DNA of 64,000 bases from Callorhinchus milii. Its lineage: Eukaryota. Of this stretch, positions 38,073 to 53,000 are shown one piece after another (the stretch's first letter is position 1; the number at the start of each line of letters is the position of its first letter). A program made the translations under genes and the position numbers. The notes beneath the pieces are model-generated. The model had not been told where the DNA came from. It was given only the letters and a program-made list of their open reading frames with translations, and did no database searches. The stretch lies in contig NW_024704772.1 in NCBI RefSeq assembly GCF_018977255.1, positions 682,001 to 746,000 of the forward strand. The letters are read 5' to 3'.

Positions 38073-41000
38073 ATGACATCTTTGTTGCACCATGAAAACA
38101 GAGCCGGCGGGAGCTATAACAGCGCAAACAAGAAAGCCAGGTGAGTCACGGGCAGGACAGCAACGACAACTTGCATTTATGTGGCTTCGCCTTCACCTGG
38201 GCTGGAGTCCCGGAGAAATATTTTTTTAGAGACGTTGCCTCCATTTTGTTTCCGCTGTGGTAGCTCTCTCTCTCTCTCTCTCTCTCTCGTCTCGGAGTCA
38301 GAAGGTTGTGGGGGGGATGGGGGGGGGTGTCCTACGGATGAGACGTTTAAACCTCACTCACTCCCCTCCCCGTCCGCCTCTTTAGGGGGACGTTAAACAT
38401 CTCCCGCTGAGCTGTTCGAAAAGAGAATGGAGTTTCTCTCTCTCTCTCTCTCTCCCAATTTGTACCTATGTTCACTTATCTTCTTACAGGAAGAAATTTG
38501 GTGCCACAGCCCCCCCCTATATAGACTATCTGAAACAGATCTTACGTCGCTACCCAGATGGTAGTCAAATCCTGAAGGTAAATACATCAACAATAATAAT
38601 AAAGTGCCTTATATTGGACCCGGCGCCTGATCACGTCATCCGAGGCGTCTCAAAGCCTTTCACGGGATACGCTGTAAAGTGAATTGACTGCGTATTTTTT
38701 GTGGGCGAAACCCGGCAGCCGATTGCGCACAGCAGCGTCCCCACAAACAGCCGTGGATCGAGTGACCACATTTTTTGGGGGAGGGATTATTCCGCCAATC
38801 GACTAACAACTGGGTTCCTACTCACTGCTGGTAAACAGAGGCGTGTGTGTCTGTGTCTGTGTGCGTGTGTGTCTGTGTGAGTGTGTGTCTGTGTGTGTGG
38901 AGTCAGGAAACTTGCCCAATGTTTCGCCCTGTCCGGGAATTGAACCCAGGTCCTCTCGCTTGCGAGGCAAGTGCTCTAACCACTGAGCTACAGGACTCCA
39001 CTTATCTGTGGGTGGGTTTGGAGGGATTCCCTTTTATAAAGAAATGTTTGTTACCTGCTGTTGCCCTAAACACTGCAGATCTGCTGTGGACTGGAGCAGC
39101 AGTGAAGGGATTGAGTAGTTTGGGCATCCAGTCAGTGTTAGCGTTCTGCTTAACATCTCTCCTCTCCCCCCAGGAGTTGATTCAAAATGCAGATGATGCT
39201 GAGGCCAAAGAAGTGGTGTTCCTGTTCGACGAAAGGTCTTACGGGACATCGAGCCTATTCCTGAAGGACCTGAAATCATTCCAAGGTAAGTCATTAGGTT
39301 AAATGCTGGAGTCCTGTAGCTCAGTGGTTAGAGTACTCGCCTCGCGAGCGAGAGGGCCTGGGTTTGATTCCCGGGCGGTCAGGGCAAAACATTGGGCAAG
39401 TTTCCTTACTCCACACACACGCACACACCTCTGTTTACCAGAAGTAAGTATGAACCCGGTTGTTAGTTGATTGCGGGGGTAATAATCTCTCCCCCAAAAT
39501 AAATAATGATAATAATTTGGTCACTCAATCCACGGCTGTTTGTGCGGACGCTGCTGTGCGCAATTGGCTGTCGCGTTCTGCCTAAAAAATGCACAGTCGC
39601 TACACTACAGGGGCTCCACAATGTCTCTCCTGTCTGTGTTTGTGTGTCAGGGCCCGCTCTGCTGGTGTACAACGATTCGGTGTTCTCGGAGGAAGATTGG
39701 CAAGGAATCCAAAACACCGGCACCAGCACCAAACGAAACGACCCCAACAAAGTGGGTCAGTTTGGCCTGGGGTTCAATACCATCTATCATGTCACAGGTA
39801 AAGGCTCCATTCCACCTTCACCTTGGGAACCCTTCCCAGAAAATATCTTATTTTATTTTTAGTTTAAAGGGAGAAGCTAACTGTGTGTAAAGGGTGGCGA
39901 GATTTTAGGAATTTAATCATAATAATAATTAATAATAATAATAATCCTCGCATTTGGCCTCATCACGTCGTCGAGACATCTCAAAGCGCTTTGCAGGATA
40001 CACTGTAAAGCGAAGTGACTCCTTCCGACTGCAACAAATGCAAGGATTAGGATTAAATAAACTCATGGCTGATCTGTACCTCAACCCCAATGACTTGTCG
40101 TTGCCCCGTACCCCTCGATCCCCTGAACTAACAAACATCTATCCTCCTCCGTCTTGAAAATGTGAATTAAATCGAGTTAAGGCAAAAGAATCTTGAGATG
40201 TTTGTCGAACGCTTTCGAACGCTTGCTTTTTATGTAGATTTGCCGACCATCTTCAGTGGGAAATATGTTGGCTTCCTGGACCCGCAAGAGATGCTGTTTG
40301 GCGAGGAGGAGGGAGGGTATATATGGTCACTCGATGACGCTGAGGACAGAAAAACCCTGGAACACTCCAAAGATCAGATGAGGCCATTCAAATATGCCAT
40401 GGAGACAACCGGCACCATCTCCTGGTCCAACGCACTGAAGGAGCACTACTTTAAGGGGACGCTGTTCAGATTCCCGTTGCGGAGCGAACCCTCGGACATC
40501 TCGGAAAACCTCTACGATAAGGACAAGATCTTCGATCTGTTCGACTCGTTCCAGGCCGACGCGGAGACCACCCTCCTCTTCCTCAGGAACGTCACATCCA
40601 TCTCCGTGAAGCATGTTGACATGGATGGCAACGTCAAGGCGCTTCTCAGGGTCATAGCCTCCCAGCCGGAGTACATCCCGTGCTTCAACCACAACCTGAA
40701 CGTGGAAAACCAGGAATTCTTTTCCAGCGTGAAAACCTCGACCTGCGTGAGAGCCATTTCCCAGCAAGCCTCCGAGGACGAGAGCCAGAACCATTGGCTG
40801 ATCACTAGCTGCACGGCCAACGCGGGGGAATGGGCAAGTCTGGACGAGCTGGCCGAGAAGTTGAGTTACATCCCGTACGTCGGCCTGGCATTCCCGCTGA
40901 GCCAAGCCGAAACGCTGGAAGCCGGCGGGAAGCTGGAGTTCGAGGGGCGCCTTTGCTGCTTCCTGCCTCTCCCGGACAACGAGAGCAACAAGACGAGATT

Positions 41001-44000
41001 GCCTGTCCACGTCAACGCCTTCTTCGGCCTCTCGGACAACCGGAGGCACATCAAGTGGGTGGAGACCGACCAGAGGTATGACGAGGTGGCCAAGTGGAAC
41101 GAACTCCTGATGCAGAAAATCCTGCCTTTTGCCTACTGTCGGATTATCCTGGACGGGATCACTCTGGCACAGACATCGGCCCTGAGACCCGCCTCGGTTT
41201 ACTATCTGTGGCCAGATTACGAGAGGATGAACCACAAGGAACGTTGGATCCACATCATCTCCAAGACCATCAAGCGATTGCTGGAGTTCAACGTCCTGTT
41301 CCTGGCAGCCAGCGAGGAGAAGTGGATCAGGGCCGACAAGGCCATCTTCTTACACTGCAACGACCAACCTGAGATGCAGCAGGCAATTGAGGCCGTGTTG
41401 ATCGAGGAAGCACATCCTCTGGTGAGGGTGCCAAGCCACGTGTTCAAGGCGATAGAGCTGGCCTGCGCGAACGATGGCTTAAACATGGTGTCTCCCGCGT
41501 CCCTGAGGAACATCCTCCAACACTGCGACTTGGACACCATCCCCTACGATCAGAAGCTGTTGTTTCTGGAGTTCGCTCTCCGCGATGGACAATACCGGGA
41601 GCTCAACAACCTCCAGCTCCTGCCGCTCAGCAATGGGTCCTTTGTCAAGTTTCAGATCAGCACATCTGATGAGCCGGTGTTCACCGAGTCAGAAGCCTTT
41701 CCCCGGTAAGATTGTAATCCGAGTACAGTGACATGTGTTGACTCCATATTGACCTGACCTCTCCCTCTCTGCTCAGCAGGCTCCAGTCTGCTCCCTGTTC
41801 CCCCCATCGCACCCCTTTCTTTTTTTAATGTGATCATTTGTAAAGAAACTATCAAAACAGATCAGTAACCTCTTTTGGGGGTTTTATTATACACAGAATT
41901 TTACTTCCCAACCTTGAAAGATTTTTGCCCGAAGATCTGAATGCAACAACCCTGGACCATCTACACAAGGTTGCCAACAACCGTGAGTAACTTGTCTCCA
42001 TCCCTTGGCTAGGATTAAATTAGCTTTGATTAGACTGGGGGGGTTGGGGGGGGGTGGGGGTGGGGAGAGGGGTTGGGGGACTTTAAACCTCACTCCCCGT
42101 CTGCCTGTTCAGGTGGACGTTAAAGATCTCTCCTGTGGCGCTATTCGAAAGGAGAAGGGAGTTTCTCTCTCTCTCTCTCTGGCCGACAATCCCTCCGAAT
42201 GCAATCGGTCACTCACTTCTCGACTGTTTGAGGGGACGCTGCTCTGCTGTGCGCAATTGTGCTGCCGTGTTTCGTCCGGGAACGCACGGTCGTTCCCACT
42301 TTACAGCGTACCCTGTGATTCGCTTTGAGACGTCTCGAAGACGCGATAAGGCGTCGGGTCAAATGCGAGAGAGTATTGTTGAGTGTCGACTGCGTGTGGT
42401 GAAGAATTACTAGCGGAAAAGCTGCTTTGTTTTGGTGTTTCTTGCAGATATATTTGCAAACGTCACCTGCCTGGATGTGGAGCTCGTGAAGCAGTACGTT
42501 AGGAAAGTTCTCCCAGAGAACTGGACGCAGAACTCCGGGCGGGTGACGTGGGATCTTAAGGACTCTCACCAACCTCCGCTGAACTGGATGGTCGAATTCT
42601 GGGGCTTTCTCTATAAGAACTGCAGCAGTCTGGAAGACTTCGAAGGGTTGCCCCTCATCCCATTAAGTCCTCTCACGCAATCCCAAAGCAGCATCCAATT
42701 GGCAAGCTTGTCCAAAAAGGCCACCATGATTTTTGAAGGGCAGAACGGATGCCAATTGCCCGACGTGATCATTAAGATCATTACCGGAGTTGGAGGTTCC
42801 GTCATTCAGAGCAGCAGCAGTGACGATTATCTAAAGCATCAACAATTGACCGAGTACGTTTTGCTACCCAACCCCAGCGGGGTCTTAAAGGTGTTTTTGA
42901 ACCTCGGATGCGATCAAGTGGCAAAGGAGGTGGGCACGATGGCACTCGAAGACAGAAGGTCGTTGAGGGGTTTCCTGGCTGAAGCTTCTGGCTTTGACGT
43001 GGACGAGAAAAACGTCTTGTTTAAGTTGCCCATCTTCCAACCCATGCCCTCGCTGAAGTCGGCCAACAAAGGGCTGGTCGCTGCGGCTAGTCACGAAGCC
43101 GTGAGCAACGACATTTTCCCCGAGATCCCCGATGACGTCCTCTTGCCAGAGACCGTGCTGAGGTGCGTCGACGAGAAAGACCGGAAGCTTCTCCTGATGA
43201 GAGGCAAGTTACTGACTGCGGCGGATGTGGGGTTGCTCCTGTGTAAGGGGGTGGAAAGCCAGCGCTATGAGCCCGAGCAGACTGAGAGAGCCATGCTGTG
43301 GGTACTGAGATACAGTGAGGTCCTGTTCAAGCAGAAACCAGAGTTGCTTCACAGATGCAAAGCCTTGAAGTTCTTGACCTCCAAGGACAAAATGGTGCAA
43401 GCTTCCGCCTTGTTCGATCCGAACAACTCAGCCTTCCAGGACCTCTTCCAGCCGGAATTCCAGCACCTCTTCCCGTCTCCTGTTTTCTGCCAGGATGAGA
43501 AAGTACTGCAGACCCTCCAGAGACTCGGACTCAAGTGCAAGGAGGAGAATATTGGACCGGATGATGTCCTGAAGGTGGCCAAGTTGATAGACAGGCAGCA
43601 GAGCCAGCCCGGCGACCTCAGCGATACGTGTAGAAGAGCCGAGGCCCTGATCGCTATCTGCAACCAGACCAGTGTCCTGGCCAACTGTACCTCCCAGATT
43701 ATTGAGCAGTTATGTTCCTTGCAGTGGGTTCCGAGCTTTTCCAAACTCTCGCCAGAACCCGTTGAGGCGAATATAGACTTTCACAAACCTGAAAACTTAC
43801 GGGACTCAAAGTACAACAACATTGTCGGCTCTGGCATGTTACTGACCGACAGGTTTATAGAAAAGGCTAGTAAGATCTTGGGTCTGACCAGCCTCCCACC
43901 AGCTGAGAAGGTGGTGGAGAATCTTCTGCTCATCGTCCAACAGGTGGACACCGTCAATTATTCCAACTATAATTTCATGGGGGATTTGCACACAATCTAT

Positions 44001-47000
44001 GGGCACATGCAGAGGAACCTGAGCCAATTCAAGGGGCTGCTGATGGGTGTGGAGATGCCTTGGGTTTGGGACGGGGCTGGTTTCTCAAGGCCTCAGAGTA
44101 TTGTGTTCTCCTATCCCGAAGGGTTGGATCTCAGCTGCTACATGAAGAAAGTTCCTCAGGAGATCTCACAGTACAGAGAGTTGCTGACTGAGTGTGGGGT
44201 CAAAACAGGTTACCCCAGCGAGGAGATCATCCTAATCCTCCACCACGTAAAGAGCAGCCTCGACAAGCTGAACTCCGGCTACGGCAGCTCGAACGAACTG
44301 AAGGCGATCATTTCTATCCTCGATTGGATGCGCAGGAAAAACATCGCTCCCAGTGATGATCTTCCGGTCCCCGTGTGGAAAGGCAATCAAGGCGGGTTCT
44401 GCTTACAGCCGTTGTCCAACGCTGTCCTGTGCGACATGAACAAGGAGGCTCTGGACGACGTGAACAGGGATGGAGAAACTTTCTACGTTGTCCATGAGGA
44501 AATCAGCCTGGCCACCATCGAGTGGCTGAACGTTCCTGCTTTGAGTACCCGGGTGCTGAACCCGGAGTTGTTTGGGATCGAGCAGTACGGACAAGTGGAG
44601 CCCTTGATCCTGAGGATCAGGAACATCCTCAAAGAGTACGATCAGGAGCACGACCTCTTCAAGGAGCTGATACAGAATGCAGAAGACGCTGGGGCCACGG
44701 TCTGTAGTTTCCTGGTGGACATGAGACAAAGCAAGGACTCACCTGAAACCCTGATAGACCCTGGGATGGCCTCCTGTCATGGCCCAGCCCTGTGGTCCTA
44801 CAACAACGAATGTTTCACCGAAGCGGATTTTCAGAACATAACGCGAGTCGGGACGGGAGCCAAGGCCAAACAAGTGGAAAAAATTGGTAAATTTGGGCTG
44901 GGATTCAACTCTGTGTATCATATCACCGACGTCCCCTCTATCCTGAGCGGCAAATACCTGCTTATTTTTGATCCCAATGTTACTCACCTCAAGAAGCACA
45001 TCCTGTCTGCCACCAACCCCGGAATTAAACTCAATCTCTACGAACACAGGCGGTTAATTCAGAGGTTCCATGGGCAGTTCAACCCCTACAACGGGATATT
45101 TGGCTGTAATTTTAAGATCGCTGCCGGGGAAAATTTCTACTATGAGGGGACACTCATTAAGCTACCGTTCAGGACACCAGAGGAGGCCACAGTGTCTGAG
45201 ATCTGCAACAAGTATTACAACCAGAAGCACATCATGTCCTTGGTGGACAGCTTCAGACAAACCTCGAAAGACCTTATCGTCTTCTTGAAGAACGTGAAGA
45301 AGGTCTCGCTCAAGTTCATTAGCGAGCATTCAGTCCACGAAAACCAGGTCATCCCCGTCTTCAAAATGGAGAGGCAGGTTCTGTGTATCATCGAGGTCGC
45401 GGACACCTTCCCCATCAAGAAGATGCAGGAGAACGCCGTGAGCATACTGGAGAGCACCAACAAGTTCAACAGGAAGATTAAGAACTTCAGCACCTCGACC
45501 ATCATCCAGTTCACCGAGGAGACCATCGACAACCCAAGCCAAATGAAATACTGGCTGGTCCATTCGTGTTTCGGCATGTCCAAGGCCTTGCAAATCGCCT
45601 GCAGTAAAACCGTCAACACCTACTACGCCCTGCCTCTGGGTAGTGTCGCTGTCCCTCTCAGAAAGCGGAAGGAGACCGGACATTGGATGCCAGACACAGA
45701 ATCCCCCGTGGGACAAGTCTTCTGCTTCCTCCCGCTGTCTGTCCAGTGCGGTCTCCCTGTCCACGTCAATGGGACCTTTGCCGTCACCTCGAACAGGAAG
45801 AACCTGTGGAGCACCGGCTCGAAGGGAGATTGGAACCAGGCGCTTTTAGAGGACGCTGTTTCTGCGGCCTACATCACGTGCGTGGTCCTGATGCAACAGA
45901 TGGCACAGAAGGGGGAGATCGAAAACTACGACTATTACACCTACTGGCCCAACCTCAAGAAGGTGGACAATCAGTTCCGCGTGGTCCTGGAGAAGTTCTA
46001 CAAAACAGTAGCTCACGGCATAAGCGGGGTCTCGATCAAAGCCTTCAGCAACGGCAAGGAGTGGGGCACCATCAGCGAAAGCCGTTTCCTGGACTCAGTG
46101 GTCCTCACTAACAGGAGAGTGGGCGCGGCTGCGGTGAGAGAGTTTGCCAGGTATCTGCCCAAACCCCTCCTGGCCGTCCATCTCCCAGACTGGGTCAGGA
46201 AGGGCTTTGTGGCCAGCGGCTGTGACAGCGTCATTGACCAAAACACTTACACCTGGGAGTCGTTTTACAGGGAGATCGTGTTTCACAACTTGGGCGTCTT
46301 GAACCACAAGACCAGGAATGATTTTGTGGTCCACGCCATTGACATGAGGGATCTGGCCATCGACGAGATGCTGAGGACAACGGCTTGTGTTCCCATCAGC
46401 GGCCGATCGGAACTCCAGCGTATCGAGAACCTGGTGCACCCAGAGGGTAAAGTGGCCTGTCTTTACGACCAGGAGGATGGGAGGTTCCCTGTAGGAACAC
46501 TGCAGGATTTCCTGCATCCCGAAAGGCTGTTGAGGTTGGAAATGCTAGGAATGACCAAAGACAAGATCTCCTTTTTGGAGTTAATCCACAGAGCGTGGAC
46601 GGTCAAGGAGATATGGAGTCACGACAGGAACAAAGCTTATCAACGGACACGCAATATTTTGGATCTACTTAAAGACCAAGAACAGTACAACAGTGACAAC
46701 CAACAAAAGTTACAGAACATCCCATTGCTGCCCGCTATGCTCCCACACAGTCAAGTCAAAAAAGGCCCTGGAGATAATATCGTGTTGGTGAGAGCTGTGG
46801 ACTTGTACAGCTGTAAATACCAAGCTCTGGTCAATATGACAGAGATGATATTGGACCGCGATTTGTGCAAAGGCATGAAATTGTCCCCAGAAGCCATCTC
46901 CTTCCTGGGGCTGAACAAGCAACCTCCCGTGGAGACTGTGTTAGAGCAACTCAAACAAACCTACAAGTGTAATAATCTGGCCGTAAGCGACGTGAAGAGG

Positions 47001-50000
47001 ATAACGAAGGAATGTTACAGCTATCTCTGCAAACAACTGAAGGCAGATCCTGATTCCAAGGACAAGATCTGTCCCTCTGCTCAGGAATTCCCTTTCATGT
47101 TCGTCAACGGGGAATTTGTGTCCGTCAAGCTGGTGGCCCGGAAGGTGTCCTTTGATATCGGGCCTTACCTCTATGAGGTTCCCAAAGAGTACATGGAGTG
47201 CGAGGAGCTGTGGAAGTGCCTGGAGATTAAGGAACGTTTCAGGTTGCAAGACTATGTCTCCGTCCTCAAGAGGATGTCGGAAAAGTACGGTAGCTCGAGG
47301 TTGTCGGAGAGTGACCTGGCTGTGTGTCTGAGGATCGTGACCACCGGTTTTATTGAGGCGTCAGAGGAAGAAGGGATGGAGTCCTTGGAGGTGCAAAATG
47401 TCCTGCTTCCTGACCAGAACCTGATCCTGCGCTCTGCCGAAACACTGCAATACAATGACACCCCTTGGCTGATCCTGGGAGATGATGTCAACCTTTGCCA
47501 CCAGCTGATAGCCAGAGATACCGCTGTGCGTTTCAACGTGCAGACCACCAAACACAGAGCCTTGAAGAACCTCCAAGTCAGTGACTTGTCTCTTTGGGCC
47601 CAGGAGTTTGGTCAGCAGGAGAAATTGACCGTGAGGCTGAAGAACATCATCAAGGCCTATCCCTCCAAGAAAGACATCCTGAAGGAGTTGATCCAGAACG
47701 CCGATGATGCGGAGGCCTCGGAAATCCACTTCATTTGGGACCCCAGGAAGCACGGCCACACCAAGACCTTTGGAGAGGAGTGGAATGCACTCCAGGGACC
47801 CGCGCTGTGTGTCTACAACAACAAGAAGTTCACGGACAAGGACATCGAAGGCATTCAGCAACTCGGGGAGGGGGGCAAGCGTAACAATCCCGAGAAGACG
47901 GGTAAATACGGCCTTGGGTTCAACTCTGTCTACCACCTGACGGACTGCCCCTCTTTCATATCCGGGGACGGAATGCTGTGCATCTTTGACCCTCAGTTGG
48001 CTGTGCTTTCCACAGCCAAGCCCCACTCCCCCGGGGGCATGTTTGTGGTCAACCAGAAGTTCAAGAAGACTTTTGAAGACGTTTACACTACCTTCCTCCC
48101 GTCTTTCTTCAACCTGGAGCAGGGCACTATGTTCCGCTTGCCTCTCCGGACCGCTGAGATGGCGGAGAAATCGGACATCTCCAAGCAGGCGGTCACCAAG
48201 GAGGTCATCTTGGAACTGCTGGAGGTGCTGAAGGAGAACTCCGACAGCCTCCTGCTGTTTCTCAACAACATCAAGAAGATCAGCTTCCACAAGATGGACA
48301 AGAAGGCCAGCGAGATGCAGGAGATCTTCACGGCCGAAGTCAAGATGTCCACAGAGAGCACCAGGGAGCAGGAACATCTGAAACAGTACATCAGGAAGTT
48401 TACCAGCTCAGCCACACTGGTGACCAGGATCGAGCCATACCAGGTCATCTACGAGATGGAGATACGTTCCTCTTGCAAACACAGAACCAAGTGGATCTTG
48501 GCCAACAAGGTGGGCGTCCCCGACGCAGAGGTCAATGAGTCCGTCCAGGACCTTTGCTGCAACTTGGGTCAAGTGTTACTGCCCCGGAGTTCCGTCGCTG
48601 CTTGTGTTAACTGTGACAGCTTTCAGGGGAAGGCCTTCTGTTCCCTGCCCTTGCCCATAGAGACCGGCCTTCCCGTCCACGTCAACGGGAACTTCGCCGT
48701 GGACTTTGCCAGGAGGGACCTGTGGAAACAGGACGGGCAGAGCGGTAAAATGAAATGGAATAACTTCCTGAAGCTCTACCTGATCGCGCCGTTGTACGCA
48801 GATTTATTGGACTACATCCGCATCACTCTATCAGGCGGGAGAGCGAGCGTCCTGAAGTTTAACAGTATGGAGTTGTGCAGGAATAACATTGAACCTCATT
48901 ACCTCTGGTTCTTCCCTCACGTGTCTGAGTCTGTCCCACAGGAATGGCAAATCATGATCAACCAGGTGTACAAGTGCATGTACCAGCGAAATATCTGCCT
49001 CATACCTATCGTCAGGCACGAGAGCATCCAGTTTCACCACCTGGGGGAGAAGAAGATCATTAACATTACCTGGTCCAGTCTGACCAAAGAGAAACGGGAT
49101 GAGGTGCCTCACTTTGTCACTGCCCACGTGCACAGCAAACTGGTTGAAATCCTAGAAGACATTGGGATGAATCTGGTCCTCCAGTCTGAATACATGACCA
49201 AAGTCTTCAAAGGTTTGGAAAGAGCGGGGATGGATTCGTTGATTTTGAACCCGGGTTCAGTTAGAAAGTTCCTCCAGATCCACCCGCTGAACAACCCGGA
49301 TCTAACTAAGAGCGGCATCCCTCTACTCCTCGGTCAATCCTTGATCAAAGACGGGACCAGGTGCGTGGCTCTCTTAGACTACTGCGTCTCAGACGTCAAG
49401 GAAGGGAATTACAGCTGTATAAACCACTTACCTCTCTTAGTCACCCAAGACAACATGCTGAGAAAATTCCAGCGTGCCTCTCCCAAATTTATCTCTAAAT
49501 TCCAGGAGTTATTTCCCGAATCCCAAGTCTGCTTCGCCAACTACGACGTCAACAAGAAGTACAAGGACCTTCTGATGGCTGCTGGCTTTCTGGAAGACTT
49601 CACCGTTTTCCGGGCCGAGCAGTTCATCCGAGACAGACTTGGGTACCGCTTCCAGATCAACTCCACCGACCCCCATCTCTGGCTGAACTGGACCGAAAAC
49701 GAGGTGTTCTTTGACTGGCTGAAGAAACTGTGGAAATACTTCGAGAGCCAGTTGAGGTGCAACGAAGACGAGAGCGAGAACACCTTTGAGAAGCTGAAGT
49801 CCTTATTTTCGGACCTTGCTATCTTACCCGTGCTGTGCCCAAGCCACAATAATCAACGGCTGCTCGCCCCTCTGGGCTCGTTGAACAGTGTCATCTGTGA
49901 AATGGCCCAAAACAGTCTCGCCCAGATTCTGCTCAAACTCGGGTTCGCTAAGATCTCCTCTGATTACTTTTCCTTCAAGGTGATGTTTAACTGCATCCGA

Positions 50001-53000
50001 CCCAATTCTCTAAGGACAGACGACAAAACCGCCATTCTGGAGCAACTGTGCATACGACATTTAAGCTGGCACAACTTAAGCGAGTGGGAGATCGAAACCA
50101 TTCTCAGGTTTCTCCATTCGGGAATGAAGAGCAGCGAGGAAAAGCAGAAATATCAGGAGCAGCTGAAATCGCTCCCTCTCTTCGAAACCATGAAAGGGGA
50201 TTTCGAAAGCATCGAGAAATATGTCGTCGTCTACATCCTCACCACCCAATTCAGCGAAATCTTCCCCAATCTGTACGAACTCGACCATTCGAGTATCTTT
50301 CTGAAGAAGACCAGGATCAACACGGAAATGTCTGAAGATATAGGGATTCGGGTGATCGATGATCTGGAGTTTTTCATGGACTATATACTCCCAAATGTTG
50401 ATAAAATAGCGGATGATCAGACGTCAGATGTCTTACGCCTGTTGTACAACATAATCTGCTATTATTACCCCTTGTATGAACTCAAGAAAGAGCAAATTGT
50501 GCTCAGTCTCAAACACATAAAGTTGATTGAAGACAAGAGTGGGGTCTTCCAACAGGTAGACTACTTCTACGAAGATAGTGAGCCCCTCTTCAAGATAATG
50601 ATTCCCAGAGAAAAATTTGTGCCCCCGACCTTCTTCAAGGAAATGGGATGTGCCGTGGACGATTCCTACCTGAACAAGTTGCTCAAAGACTTGGGCATCA
50701 AGTGCTCTGTCTCGCCTGACGATTTCATTGCTTTTGCCGCTCAAGTCTCCTATGAGGCCAAACGTTCTACTCCCTTGAAGGAACTCATCGAGAAAAGCGA
50801 CGTTTTGATCTCGTACCTGTGCAACCTGGACGAGGACACCTTGGAGAAACGTTTCTATGACAAACTGGCCAACATAAACTTCATCTACCCCCATAAGGTC
50901 CGGGATAACTTGCGCGCTTTGCATGCTCCTTACGCCGAAGGCAGGAACTTTTTGACCTTGAAAAATTCGCTGGTCAAACAATGCGAGGAGGACGAGGAGT
51001 TGGTGTGGACCTCCATGCCCATCCTCCCATCCAAATTCAGCCAAACCAAGAACAAGCTGAGTCTAATGAAGGCCGCTGGAGCCATCTGCGTTCCTCCGGA
51101 GGATTTAGTTGTCTCCAACCTGAGGAAAATCTGCCTTGTCCCTTGCAAAACCCCCAGTGCCTCGAAAACCAGGACGAAAGTGCTTCAGATCACCTATGGC
51201 TTTCTGCAGAGTCGAGCCTTTGACGTGCAGGCGCTGGCAGATCTTCCCATCGTCTTGGTGGAGGATGACACCAAGTTGGTGAGATACAACCAGGTGGTCT
51301 TCTCCTTGCAGAATTACAACGAGTTCCGGCCGTACCTGTACAGGCTGCCCCCCCTGCTGGCTCCTTACAGGGAGTTCTTCCAGAAGTTGGGAGTTGCCTT
51401 GGAGCCATCGTCCTCACACCTGGCCCAGGTCCTCCGAGCCCTTTATGAGGATTGTAAGAAAATGAACAGTTTGAACCCGAACCAGATGACGACTGTGAAA
51501 CGCACTCTGCACCATCTGTTCTCTCTCCTGGAGTCCAAAGCTGAAGAGAGGTTGCTCGAGAAACTCAGCCCCTTGTATCTCCCAGCCAGCGACGCTGGCC
51601 TGTACGCCTCTGACAGCCTGTGTTTCAATGACAGGATCACGACCGACTCCCGAAGAGACGTCGGCGTTCTGAAAGGAAAGTTCACTTTCCTGGTGGATCT
51701 GGGCGAATGTCACCTCAGCTCCGATCCCTACAAGCAAATCAACCTCCTACACTTCCTCCCAGAGGAAATTCGACCCAAGATGCTCTCGCAGGTCACGGAG
51801 GAACTCCTGAACGAATCGGTCCTGCAGATATGCCCCTATGGAAACAGCTGCGAGTTCCAGGCTGAGTTTTACAACCTCCTGGTGTCCCCTTATTTCATCA
51901 ACGGTTTAGTCAGCTTAATCAGAAGTCAGTATAGCGGGAACTTGACTGAGGGGGAGGTGGTGCACAAGTGTGAAAAGATCTTCACCAAAATTCAAGTGAT
52001 CTGCTGTCAGAAGTTGGAGACAATCCTCTGCTCAGGGTCAAAGCAGTTGAGGAACACAAGCATTGAGAAGCAAGTTTACACCAAGGTGAGTGACACAGGT
52101 AACTGTATGGTCTTCCTGGAGCACAAAGACAACATGCAGTTCAGCATGAGAACAGTCATCATCCACTCAATGGCCACGGAAATCAACCTCCTCCTGAACA
52201 ACGCCTTGAGCAAAGATTCCTTGCTGTTCCTCGTCCTGATGCTGAGCTGTGAAGATCCACAGGACATCAAGAAGATTCTGGAAGACAAGGGGATTCACAC
52301 GACCAACCTAAAGCCACAAAGCCCCCTGGACTTACCCAATCCAGGTGACCCCATTCCTGAAGAGCTCATCCACACCTTGGAGATGGACATCATGCACAAC
52401 TTCAAAGTGGGAGAATACGTAGGCTACAAGGACACCACCTCTAATGACTATGTCTACGCCATTTTCGTGGAGAGATTAAGCGCAGAACTGTATATCAAGG
52501 ATACAAAGATGCAGAGCTATAAAATAAAGATAGGATCAGACTCCTACATTATTGTCAACAACCTGGACCTCTATAAGTTCAGCCAACAAAAGATATCCGT
52601 GGGCGTGTGCGAGGACCTTGTATTGGTGGATAAACCACAGAACACGCAACAAGCCACCAGCCAGAAGTACGAATCCTTCGACAACATAAAGAGGGAGATT
52701 CACGAATACCTGAGGGAGATCAGACACCTTCCCAAGGACGAGAGGCAGAAGGCAATCCGCAGACTCTACCTCAAGTGGCACCCGGACAAGAACCCAAGCA
52801 ACACAGAGGTAACTACCAAACTGTGCCACTACATCCAAGAGAAGGTGAAGGAGCTGGAGATCGTCAGGGCGGAGAACGAAGGGAGTTCCTCTAACCACAA
52901 GGGTTCCTTTTCCAGCAACGGGGAAGATTTCTCCTCGTTCTTCAACCAGTGGAACAGCGAGGCCTCGAGACACAAGCGTGGCAGGACGCAGTACAAGAAG